A stretch of DNA of 64,000 bases from an uncultured Desulfospira sp. (GTDB lineage Bacteria; Desulfobacterota; Desulfobacteria; Desulfobacterales; Desulfobacteraceae), in the NCBI GenBank assembly GCA_963663165.1, contig OY760175.1, forward strand, positions 448,001 through 512,000, in the 5' to 3' direction. The position numbers and the translations under genes are program-made. The notes under the pieces are model-generated. The model made no database searches. It worked only from the letters and a program-made list of their open reading frames with translations, and was not told where the DNA came from. This document shows positions 26,843-36,108 of the stretch, piece by piece (position 1 is the stretch's first letter; every line of letters begins with the position of its first letter).

Positions 26843-28687
26843 ATGGCAGATAAGGCAAGTCCGGCAGAAGATATGGTTGTCATTGAAGAGGATATTTTCA
26901 ACAAGCTCCTTAAAAAGGGTGAAAAAACCGGTGTCCTCTCTTTTGCCGAAGTCAATAATGCTATCAGTGATGATTTAAAGTCTTCGGATCAATTGGAAGA
27001 TATTATTTTAAAGTTTAAAGAAAAGGGAATTGAGTTAAAAGACATGGAAAAAGCCGGCAGGGCAAAGGCAAAATCCACAAAGCCCAAGGCAAAACCGGCC
27101 CGGAAACCAACCCTAAAAGATAAAGGCGGCAATATGTCCCACCTGGATGAGGATTCAGATAAGAATCAGTCTCTTGTATCGAGAAAGGACCGCACAGATC
27201 TGGAATTTGGCGCCGTGACTGACCCGGTGAAAATGTATCTCAAAGAAATGGGCATGGTCACCCTTTTAAGCCGTGAAGGCGAAATTGAGATCGCCAAAAA
27301 AATAGAGGTGGGTGAGCGGGACATGCTTCGGGCCATGCTGGACTGTCCGTTTTCGTTGGATACCATATTCAGGTACGGGGACAGGATGGAAAGAAAGTGT
27401 ATCCGCCCCAAACATGTGCTCAGAGATGTGGATGAAGGGGACGGCGTGGTTGATGAGGCCTCCAAACAGGAAAAATTTCTCGAATCCCTGGCCATTATCA
27501 GAAAAATCCATATGGAAAATCAGGCCAACCGGGAAGATCTTCTGAAAACCAACAAAAAAACCAAGAAGTATGACAATCTGATTCAGACCATTGATGAGAA
27601 TACGGAAAAGATTTTTGAAGAGCTTAAACCCTGGCGGTTTGAATCCAACATTATTGATGCCATTGAAAAAAATATCAGAAACACCATTACCTGGTTTGAG
27701 ATCACCAACGATCTTTTAGATAAATGTGCCAAGACCTTTAATGTGGTCCGGGATACCATGATCAAACAGGCCGCTGACCGGGAAAAATTTGTTGCCTGGG
27801 CGGTTGCCCGAAAGGATATTACCAAGAAAAGGGCCACCCAGCTGTTTGAGGATATCACGGCGGTCACCGTCCAGATTACAAGGAAAAAGGATGGCCTTAA
27901 AGGGGATGTTGACGATTTAAAGGCCATCATTGACCGGATCGACCAGGGACGTAAAAAGGCCGATTCTGCCAAACGGGAATTGGTCCGGGCCAATCTTCGT
28001 CTGGTGGTCAGTATTGCCAAAAAATATACCAACCGGGGCCTTCAGTTCCTGGATCTGATTCAGGAAGGCAATATCGGGTTGATGAAAGCTGTGGATAAGT
28101 TCGAATATCGAAGGGGATACAAATTCTCCACCTATGCGACCTGGTGGATCCGGCAGGCCATCACCCGGGCCATTGCCGATCAGGCCCGGACCATACGGAT
28201 TCCCGTCCACATGATTGAAACCATCAACAAACTGATCAGAACCTCACGGTACCTGGTCCAGGAAATGGGCAAAGAACCCTCTCCCGAAGAAATAGCCGAA
28301 AAAATGGAAATCCCCATTGAAAAGGTCAGGCGGGTGCTGAAGATCGCCAAAGAGCCCATATCTCTGGAAACCCCCATTGGCGAGGAAGAAGACAGCCATC
28401 TCGGGGATTTTATTGAGGATAAAAAGTTTTCCATCCCGTCCGAGGCGGCCATTGATTTCAGTCTGGCAGAACAGACCCGTAAAATTCTGGCCACCCTGAC
28501 CCCGAGAGAGGAAAAGGTATTGCGCATGCGGTTTGGGATTGGGGAAAAATCCGATCACACCTTAGAGGAGGTCGGAAAGGATTTTACCGTTACAAGAGAG
28601 CGGATCCGGCAGATTGAGGCCAAGGCATTAAGAAAGCTGAGACACCCCACACGGAGCAAAAAACTCAAGACCTTTATTGAGAATTAA
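26843..28687 (+). CDS. rpoD: RNA polymerase primary sigma factor
   Basis: [38 protein letters not shown] and TRERIRQIE motifs. Confidence 0.98.
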   Translation: MADKASPAEDMVVIEEDIFNKLLKKGEKTGVLSFAEVNNAISDDLKSSDQLEDIILKFKEKGIELKDMEKAGRAKAKSTKPKAKPARKPTLKDKGGNMSHLDEDSDKNQSLVSRKDRTDLEFGAVTDPVKMYLKEMGMVTLLSREGEIEIAKKIEVGERDMLRAMLDCPFSLDTIFRYGDRMERKCIRPKHVLRDVDEGDGVVDEASKQEKFLESLAIIRKIHMENQANREDLLKTNKKTKKYDNLIQTIDENTEKIFEELKPWRFESNIIDAIEKNIRNTITWFEITNDLLDKCAKTFNVVRDTMIKQAADREKFVAWAVARKDITKKRATQLFEDITAVTVQITRKKDGLKGDVDDLKAIIDRIDQGRKKADSAKRELVRANLRLVVSIAKKYTNRGLQFLDLIQEGNIGLMKAVDKFEYRRGYKFSTYATWWIRQAITRAIADQARTIRIPVHMIETINKLIRTSRYLVQEMGKEPSPEEIAEKMEIPIEKVRRVLKIAKEPISLETPIGEEEDSHLGDFIEDKKFSIPSEAAIDFSLAEQTRKILATLTPREEKVLRMRFGIGEKSDHTLEEVGKDFTVTRERIRQIEAKALRKLRHPTRSKKLKTFIEN

Positions 28688-28701
28688 TTTAAGGCTTAAG
28701 C

Positions 28702-28730
28702 TTGACTATCAAATCCGATTGTAATATAGT
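28702..28730 (+). promoter_or_regulatory. Putative sigma70 promoter of the tRNA
   Basis: TTGACT-17 bp-TATAGT, 22 bp upstream of the tRNA. Confidence 0.6.
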
Positions 28731-28752
28731 CCTCCAGTTTTTTGTAAAAAAA

Positions 28753-28829
28753 GGGCCTATAGCTCAGTTTGGCAGAGCCACCGGCTCATAACCGGTCGGT
28801 CCCTGGTTCGAATCCAGGTGGGCCCACCA
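28753..28829 (+). tRNA. tRNA with CAT anticodon, most likely tRNA-Ile2 (lysidine-modified)
   Basis: Cloverleaf GGGCCTA...TGGGCCC-A-CCA, anticodon loop CTCATAA, TTCGAAT T-loop. The G1-C72 pair excludes an initiator tRNA. Ile2 is inferred from the acceptor stem and the position after rpoD. Confidence 0.92.
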
Positions 28830-28987
28830 CTTTAAATTTGCGGAAAATAGATAGCTTAGGATGTCGCAAAATGATATGGTATCAGGGGAATCGATTCAAC
28901 GGGAAACTTCCGGAATCTCGAAACATATCAGGGAGGCGCATCGAACATATATGATTTTGCCTGGAAAAACCGGCGAAAAGAGAACAC

Positions 28988-29019
28988 AAAAAGCGTGGTT
29001 ATCAAACCACGCTTTTTTT
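28988..29019 (+). terminator. Rho-independent terminator
   Basis: AAAAAGCGTGGTT-ATCA-AACCACGCTTTTTTT. Confidence 0.8.
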
Positions 29020-29079
29020 ATTTTGCAAAAAGGATCTTTAAAATTAACGGATGGCCCTGGCGGCCGGTGGATGGTTTAA

Positions 29080-29898
29080 ATGGGACTGGCGGTTAAAGAT
29101 GTGATGTGGATCATTGACTCGATGGTGCCCTTTTGCCTTGCCGAAGACTGGGATAACAGCGGACTTCAGGCCGGGGAACCTCTCTGGCCGGTCAGAAAAA
29201 TCATGGTCAGCCTTGATGTGACCATGGCGGTAATGGACGCGGCCAAAGCATGGGAAGCGGATCTGGTGTTAAGCCATCATCCCTTGATGTTTAAGTCTGA
29301 AAAAACCATTGATTTCGGGAAAATGCCGGGAAACGCCATTGCGGCGGCGGCCCGAAACCGGATCAGCATTGTGTCTGCCCACACCAACCTGGACAAGGCA
29401 CCGGGCGGACTTAACGACGCCTTTGCCGATCTTATCGGATTGACCCAGATCACTGGATTTTGTCCGGACCCCGGCCTTGGGCAGACAACTCAAGATCCCG
29501 CGAGTCTTGGAAGAATTGGAAAATTCCCCAAAAAGGCGTCATTGAAGGCGCTGGCCCGGGATTTGAAAAAAAGACTTGAACTTGACGGGATACGGGTGAT
29601 TGGAAATCTTGAGCAGGAAGTGGTATGGGGGGCAGTCTGTACCGGTTCCGGCGGTTCGTTGATTCCCCAATTTTTAGATTCCAAGGCAGATGTCTTCATT
29701 ACCGGTGATCTTAAATACCACGACGCCAGACTGATTGAGGAGAAAGGGAAAACCGCGGTGGATGCCGGCCATTTTGTATCCGAGCATATTGCCGTGGACC
29801 TGTTGAAACAAAAGCTTGAACAGTCAGCCGCCATTCGTGAAAACGGGCTTAAAATCAAAGGATTTTTAAACCAAGAGGATCCTTTTAAAAACGTTTAA
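29080..29898 (+). CDS. Nif3-like dinuclear metal center protein
   Basis: AEDWDNSGL, HHP, AHTNLD, TGDLKYH and GHFVSE motifs. Confidence 0.93.
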   Translation: MGLAVKDVMWIIDSMVPFCLAEDWDNSGLQAGEPLWPVRKIMVSLDVTMAVMDAAKAWEADLVLSHHPLMFKSEKTIDFGKMPGNAIAAAARNRISIVSAHTNLDKAPGGLNDAFADLIGLTQITGFCPDPGLGQTTQDPASLGRIGKFPKKASLKALARDLKKRLELDGIRVIGNLEQEVVWGAVCTGSGGSLIPQFLDSKADVFITGDLKYHDARLIEEKGKTAVDAGHFVSEHIAVDLLKQKLEQSAAIRENGLKIKGFLNQEDPFKNV

Positions 29899-29907
29899 GG
29901 ATAAGCC

Positions 29908-30630
29908 ATGAAGGAAATAACAAAACAGGATATAGACGCATTGGTTCTGCTTCAGGAAACTGAAACCGAAATTGTCAGGCTTCAGTCTGTCCTGACAAAA
30001 GTGGATAAAGAAAAAGCCAGGCTTGAAGTAAAGCTTGCCGCATTTGAAGCCGCCCTGGTAAAGAACCGGGAAGAGCTTGAAAAAACTTCGGAAATGTGCC
30101 GGAAGACCGAAGAGGAAGTCAAGGTGATTGACCAGCGGATCATCAAAAGCAATGAAACCCTTAGAATGGTGAAGACCAACAAAGAGTACCAGGTCCTGTT
30201 AAGGGAAGTTGATGACAATAAAAAACGAAAAGACGCCCTTGAAACCGAGCTGCTTGAAATGATGGAGGAAAAGGAAAAACAAACCGCCGTTGTTGAGGAA
30301 AGCGAAAAGGAATTTGCGCTCCTCAAAGAGCAGACAAGGGCGGCTCAGGCAGAACTCGAACAACAGACCACGGATGATAAAGCCTCCCTGGAAGAATTTG
30401 GCGCCCGGCAGGCCGAAATCGGTCAGGCCCTAGATCCGTTTCTCATGGACCGGTTTAAAAGGATTTCAAAGATGAACGACGGCCTGGCCGTAGCCCGGGT
30501 GAAAAATGAGACCTGCATGGGCTGTTTTATGAATATTCCGCCTCAGCTTTATATTGAAGTTCAGCGGGGAACAAAATTGATCTCATGCCCCCAATGTAGT
30601 AGGATACTTTACTATGTAGCCGAAGCCTGA
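29908..30630 (+). CDS. Coiled-coil protein with C-terminal C4 zinc ribbon (DUF164 type)
   Basis: Long coiled coil followed by CMGC...CPQCSRILY. Confidence 0.9.
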   Translation: MKEITKQDIDALVLLQETETEIVRLQSVLTKVDKEKARLEVKLAAFEAALVKNREELEKTSEMCRKTEEEVKVIDQRIIKSNETLRMVKTNKEYQVLLREVDDNKKRKDALETELLEMMEEKEKQTAVVEESEKEFALLKEQTRAAQAELEQQTTDDKASLEEFGARQAEIGQALDPFLMDRFKRISKMNDGLAVARVKNETCMGCFMNIPPQLYIEVQRGTKLISCPQCSRILYYVAEA

Positions 30631-30681
30631 GCAGCGCAACTAATGCGCGCGGTTTGCGGCATATTTTAACTTAATGTAAAA

Positions 30682-31120
<439 letters not shown>

Positions 31121-31147
31121 ACAACCATATCACCTTCAGGAAATACC

Positions 31148-32452
31148 ATGGAACCCAGCTTTGATATCTCTTTCAGGGAAAAGGCCGATATTTTTTCCTT
31201 TGAATACCTCAAATGCCTTTTGTTTATCCGCTCAATCGAGACCGATAATTATGTTTTTACCAAAAAGCTGTTTTCGAAACTGATTATCAACTCTCATATT
31301 CTGGAAGATTTTTTAGATTTTCACGGGGCCAAAAAAAATTCCGAATGGGTGCTATACCGTGAATTATGCGCCCTGGTCCGCCATCTTTCCCTGGCCTGTT
31401 ATTCCCAGCGCCATATTATCAACCGGTTTGATTTTTATCAGTTTGAAGGCGGGTATAACACCTTCAAGCAAGAGGCCCTTGACACCATCGTGACCTTACA
31501 GGACTCCCTGAAAATGGCAGTCCCTGTGGTCCTTAAAGAAGCCATGCGTCTCAATATTGCCATTCCGGGAAGCGGATATGACCTTGGATATTTCCCCGGC
31601 ATTACCTCTTCTCAGCAGCTGCTTCGGAATATCGATGATTTTAATTCACGGGACCAGCAGCAGAAAAATCTGACCCGCATATCCAGTGAATTTCTGGAAG
31701 TGGTCAAAGAGTTTGAACCCTTTTCTTTTTACGAACATCATGATTTGAAAAAAATCCGGGAACTGGTTCCTGAAAAGATCAATGAGGTGATCATCCGGCG
31801 ATTTGAGATGCAGATCCACAATATTCAATCTTCTTTTGATTCTTATGTGGTATACAGCAAGTCGTCTGAGAACCTGGTTCTCGACCAGCTTCGCAGTCAT
31901 TTTTCCATTGTGTTTCATATCCTTCAGGTCATGGGCCGGCTGCTTCATTTTTACGAACGCCACCTTTACGATGTCGGTTTCAAGGATGTTTACAAACAGA
32001 TCAGTGAATCCCTTAAAGAAATCATTGACCCGGATGTCCTCTTGGACCGGGCCGTTAATTTCTGCCTTTTTTATGCCTGGAAGTTTCTGTCTTCGGGCAA
32101 ACAGGTGGCCATCCGGATTCTTAACGAAAATATGGAAACCTCGAAGATCAGTGTGGGCATTCCCAAGGACAGGGGATTTCACAGCCGCCCGAGCCTGCTT
32201 GTGGCCAAAATTGTCCAGCATTACGGCGGGGAAGTCATCATGCACGTTGCCGGGGACCGGTTTGACGCTTCGTCTGTTCTTGATATCCAGTGGGCCGGCG
32301 GGAAAATTAAAAAAGAAGAGATTGAGACGGTTTCATTTTCAGGGGATATCCGGGCCTTGAATGACCTTAAGATTCTGGCCGGCGTGAATTACGGGGAAGA
32401 TGTCATGGGTAAGGGGATTCCGCTGCCCAAAGAATTATCGTATCTTAGCTGA
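31148..32452 (+). CDS. Large protein with C-terminal HPr phosphocarrier domain
   Basis: GFHSRPS (His15-like) and DASSVLDI (Ser46-like) in the last ~100 aa. The N-terminal ~330 aa are unassigned. Confidence 0.85.
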   Translation: MEPSFDISFREKADIFSFEYLKCLLFIRSIETDNYVFTKKLFSKLIINSHILEDFLDFHGAKKNSEWVLYRELCALVRHLSLACYSQRHIINRFDFYQFEGGYNTFKQEALDTIVTLQDSLKMAVPVVLKEAMRLNIAIPGSGYDLGYFPGITSSQQLLRNIDDFNSRDQQQKNLTRISSEFLEVVKEFEPFSFYEHHDLKKIRELVPEKINEVIIRRFEMQIHNIQSSFDSYVVYSKSSENLVLDQLRSHFSIVFHILQVMGRLLHFYERHLYDVGFKDVYKQISESLKEIIDPDVLLDRAVNFCLFYAWKFLSSGKQVAIRILNENMETSKISVGIPKDRGFHSRPSLLVAKIVQHYGGEVIMHVAGDRFDASSVLDIQWAGGKIKKEEIETVSFSGDIRALNDLKILAGVNYGEDVMGKGIPLPKELSYLS

Positions 32453-32475
32453 ATGGTTCACAAGGGGGATTCAAC

Positions 32476-33192
32476 ATGATCCAAGGGTTTGACCATACAG
32501 CGGTGATTGTTGCCGGGGGAAGCGGCAAACGAATGGGGTCGCCTGTCAAAAAGCAGTTTATGGCCCTTGAAGGGATACCGGTCCTTTCCCGGACCCTGGC
32601 ACTGTTTGATTCCCATGAAGCTGTCAACCGGATTATCCTTGTGGTGCCCGAAGACGATATGGCCCATTGCCGGGAGAAGGTCATCAGCCCTTTTGAATAT
32701 TCAACCCCTGTCTGCCTTGTCAAAGGCGGTGATACCCGGCAGGCCTCTGTTTACCAGGGACTCGTAAAGGCCGCAAAGATCAGCACTGAAACGCAAAAAA
32801 ACATTGTTCTTATCCATGATGGTGTCCGGCCCTTTGTCCCGGAGAAGGTGATCAATGACTGTATCCATACGGCCCGGGAAACGGGCGCCTGTATCCCCGT
32901 CCTTGAGCTTACCGATACCATTAAACAGCTGGATTCGGATCGTAAGATTGAGAAAACCCTTGACAGAAGCCGGCTGTTTCGGGCTCAGACCCCCCAGGCG
33001 TTCCGGCTCGACCTGATCCTTACCGCCTTTGACCATGCCCGGAAAACCGGCTTTTCAGGGACAGACGATGCCTCTATCATGGAACATGCCGGACTGTCTG
33101 TTTCAACGGTAACGGGAAGCCCCGGGAATATCAAGCTGACCACCCCGGAAGATCTGCTCATGGCCAGGCTGTTTCTGGAAACAAAAATTTAA
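32476..33192 (+). CDS. ispD: 2-C-methyl-D-erythritol 4-phosphate cytidylyltransferase
   Basis: AGGSGKRMG..KQF, IHDGVRP, QTPQAF, TDDAS and NIKLTTPED motifs. Confidence 0.95.
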   Translation: MIQGFDHTAVIVAGGSGKRMGSPVKKQFMALEGIPVLSRTLALFDSHEAVNRIILVVPEDDMAHCREKVISPFEYSTPVCLVKGGDTRQASVYQGLVKAAKISTETQKNIVLIHDGVRPFVPEKVINDCIHTARETGACIPVLELTDTIKQLDSDRKIEKTLDRSRLFRAQTPQAFRLDLILTAFDHARKTGFSGTDDASIMEHAGLSVSTVTGSPGNIKLTTPEDLLMARLFLETKI

Positions 33193-33410
33193 GTCATTTC
33201 CCGGATAAGTCGATACCTTTTTTAGGTAATCCATAATGTTGTGGGGAATTTGGGGTTTACTTTAACTTTGAATTATGCCACAGTATTGACTCAACATCTA
33301 TAAAGGAATTCGTCTTCGGTCGATTAGGCAGTTCTTTTAGTGTCGGCGTTTAATCGGGGAAAGGATAACTAACCAAATCATCTTTATCCACGCTTACTGG
33401 AGGTAACTCA

Positions 33411-34349
33411 ATGGCGGACAAACCGGCTATTAAAATTGGCTATCTGAAAATTACAGACCATTTAATTCTGGGTGTTACAGACCTTAAACTCAAAAAAGGC
33501 ATGGAAACCTTTGAGCATTGTACCCTTGAGCCGGTGGTGAAAAACGGCTGGAATGAAGTTGCCGATGCCCTTTCCGTCAAGTCCCTTGACGGCGCCCTGG
33601 TCCTGGCCCCTACCGCCATGGATTTGTTTAAGTCCGGTGTGGATTTAAAGCTGCTGCTGTTTGCCCATAAATCCGGCAGCATCCTGGTGAAAAGCAAAAA
33701 GGCCAACATTCAAACCATTGAGGATTTCAAGGGCAAAACCGTATTAATTCCCTATCAGCTTTCCATTCATAACATGCTGTTTTATCAGCTTCTGGCCGAA
33801 AAAGGGCTGAAACCCGGCCGGGCCACGGACTCTGGTGTTGACGTCATTCTTGAAGTGGTGGCCCCGTTCCAGATGCCTGAGGCCATTGAATACGACGATG
33901 ATGGTGAAATCGGCGGATTTATCGTGGCTGAACCCTTTGGCTCCCAGGTAATTGCCCAGGGCCACGGCGAAGAGTTCTGCCTCTCAAAAGATTTGTGGCC
34001 GGGCCATCCCTGCTGCGTTTTTGTCATGCGAACGGAAGTCATTGAAAAACATCCTGAAGCCATCCAGGAAATCTGCACCAGCTTTGTCCGATCCGGTATG
34101 GCCATCGACGATCAGCCTGGCCCCGCAGCCGTTATCGGCGGAAATTTCCTGTCCCAGGACAAGGATGTCATTCAAAAGGTACTCACCGAACCCCCGGACC
34201 GGATCCTTACCGGCGAACTTTTTCCGGTTAAAGCGGATTTAGACCGGATTCAGAAGTACATGATGGACGAAATGAAGATCATGACCAGCCTGATTGACCT
34301 GGATAAGTTTGTGGATACAAGGTTTGCCGAAAAAGCCGGCGCCAAATAG
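33411..34349 (+). CDS. CmpA/NrtA-family substrate-binding-fold protein lacking a signal peptide
   Basis: IGYLKITDH, SIHN, VAEPF and WPGHPCCV motifs. Confidence 0.85.
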   Translation: MADKPAIKIGYLKITDHLILGVTDLKLKKGMETFEHCTLEPVVKNGWNEVADALSVKSLDGALVLAPTAMDLFKSGVDLKLLLFAHKSGSILVKSKKANIQTIEDFKGKTVLIPYQLSIHNMLFYQLLAEKGLKPGRATDSGVDVILEVVAPFQMPEAIEYDDDGEIGGFIVAEPFGSQVIAQGHGEEFCLSKDLWPGHPCCVFVMRTEVIEKHPEAIQEICTSFVRSGMAIDDQPGPAAVIGGNFLSQDKDVIQKVLTEPPDRILTGELFPVKADLDRIQKYMMDEMKIMTSLIDLDKFVDTRFAEKAGAK

Positions 34350-34360
34350 CCGCTTCTTTT

Positions 34361-35812
34361 TCAAGCGGCTGAGTCAATAAACCGGTAAATCTGCTCCAAA
34401 GCCTTGATGCTCCACTGGGCTTTTCCGGAAAGGGTGGGAACCTCATCCTTGTTCAGCCGGTCTGTGGCCTCCTGGGCGCTGGAACCGTCAGATTTAAGCT
34501 GAAGAATAATTTTCATGACCGCCGCCTTGTAAGCCTCTAAATTTTCCTTGGGGGTAATATCCGGTTTTAAAGAAGGTTGTAATATGTCTTTGGCAAGGGC
34601 GCTCAGATCGTCCATGGGCTGGGCCGCGGTATCTTGCGGCACCTGCTGTTGCCCCGGGTCATCAATAAGTTTTGACAGGTCATCCTGGCCCGTTTCCCCG
34701 GTGGTTTTTGTTTCCGTATCAATGAGCAAAGAAAGATTATCCTGATCTTTGGTTGTTTTGTCACTTTCATCAACCAGCTGTGACAGATCGTCCATATCCT
34801 GAGTGCCGGCCGTTGAGGCCATCCCATCAATCAGTTTTGACAGATCGTCGGTCTCTATGGCCGTACCGGATTCAGGGGCACTTGTGTCAATCAGGCTTGC
34901 CAGGTCATCCATGTCTGCGGCTGGTGAAGATGCCCCGTCTTTTGGGTCATCAACCAGCAGGGACAGATCATCCAAAGCCGGTTCCCGGGGCCCGGCATCC
35001 AGAAGCTGGTTTAAATTATCCATAGGGACCGGATCATCCTGTGGGGCACTGTCCGGTGTTTCATCCAACAGCATGGATAAATCGTCAGTGTCCTGAGGGG
35101 GATGCGCCTTAATGAGGCTTGACAGGTCGTCTAAGACCATTCTGTTTTCAAGGGCGTTGTCCTCATCGCCGGGAAAATCGGGGAAATCTGAATCAACGGG
35201 CTCCCCGGGCAGAACCTCGGGTTCTGAAACATCAATGGGGTCCATTTCAGGGGAGCTGTCATCACAAATAAGCGTGTCGGCTGCATGATGAGCGATTTTC
35301 ATCATTTCAGGGTCCTGGACCTTGAGCCGGTTCATCTCCTGAAGGGCATTGGCGATATTGTTCATGGCAAAGGCTTTTTTCTCTTCTGCATCGGCCCTTT
35401 TTTCAATAGCCACTGCCTTTCGTTCCTCTGCCGCAGCCCTTTTCTCATGGGCCAGGGCAATCCTTTCCTGTTGCCGGCTGATGTCGTTAAACAGATCCTT
35501 GATCAGTTTAAGGCCGTCAGGACTGACCCTGATGTCTTCATTGGACAGCCGGTCAAACGCTGCGGCCGTTTCATTTTGCTCTAACTCTTTGGAAAGCTCC
35601 AATTCAATGTTGGACGGCAGTTTGCCCGAATCAATATCGGTTTTGATTTTGATCAGCAAAGGAACTGTATCCGGGGGAAACACCGGATAACCATTGGATA
35701 ACTCAGGAGACAGAAAGGCTTCAAACCGTTTGAGTAAAAATTTGGTAAACGTGGTTCCGGTATTTAATTCCCTGGAAATGTCTTTTATGGATAAAAAATT
35801 TTCCTGAGCCAT
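34361..35812 (-). CDS. Hypothetical protein: MerR-like N-terminal HTH, coiled coil, ~10 acidic D[DN]LxxL repeats, C-terminal recombinase-like helical domain
   Basis: Probable start MAQENFLSIKDISRELN after GAGGGG. The C-terminus reads RLNKDEVPTLSGKAQWS. Confidence 0.75.
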   Translation of the reverse strand: MAQENFLSIKDISRELNTGTTFTKFLLKRFEAFLSPELSNGYPVFPPDTVPLLIKIKTDIDSGKLPSNIELELSKELEQNETAAAFDRLSNEDIRVSPDGLKLIKDLFNDISRQQERIALAHEKRAAAEERKAVAIEKRADAEEKKAFAMNNIANALQEMNRLKVQDPEMMKIAHHAADTLICDDSSPEMDPIDVSEPEVLPGEPVDSDFPDFPGDEDNALENRMVLDDLSSLIKAHPPQDTDDLSMLLDETPDSAPQDDPVPMDNLNQLLDAGPREPALDDLSLLVDDPKDGASSPAADMDDLASLIDTSAPESGTAIETDDLSKLIDGMASTAGTQDMDDLSQLVDESDKTTKDQDNLSLLIDTETKTTGETGQDDLSKLIDDPGQQQVPQDTAAQPMDDLSALAKDILQPSLKPDITPKENLEAYKAAVMKIILQLKSDGSSAQEATDRLNKDEVPTLSGKAQWSIKALEQIYRFIDSAA

Positions 35813-35916
35813 ATCCCCCTCGGCTTTTTTCACTGATTCATAATTTTCTCTGGCTGAAGGCTTCAACAATTTATTTATCATACCTGTCGGCAGAAGGGAA
35901 TATAAACCAAAATGAA

Positions 35917-35945
35917 TTGACACAGGAAATTTAAAAGTCTATCCT
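35917..35945 (+). promoter_or_regulatory. Putative sigma70 promoter of the prkA operon
   Basis: TTGACA-17 bp-TATCCT. Confidence 0.5.
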
Positions 35946-36108
35946 AAATTTAAAGCTGCTGTTCGTTTTCAAATATTAACCAAATGCATCTTGGGGATGG
36001 AAATGGTCTTAGGGCAGCCCTTCAGAACCTTTAATAATCAAGTTCATTTCCTAACGTTTTTGACTGGCAGCACTCTTTTCCTTTTAGCTGCCGTTAAAGG
36101 GGGATAAA

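Noticed and set aside
28830..29079. Genomic island or attachment site after the tRNA; 72-aa ORF; weak stem GCAAAAT...ATTTTGC
   Set aside because: No integrase and no repeated tRNA 3' end were seen, housekeeping genes continue, and the ORF runs through a terminator.
34361..34520. Site-specific recombinase
   Set aside because: Only a short DNA-binding-like segment is present, with no catalytic serine-recombinase domain.
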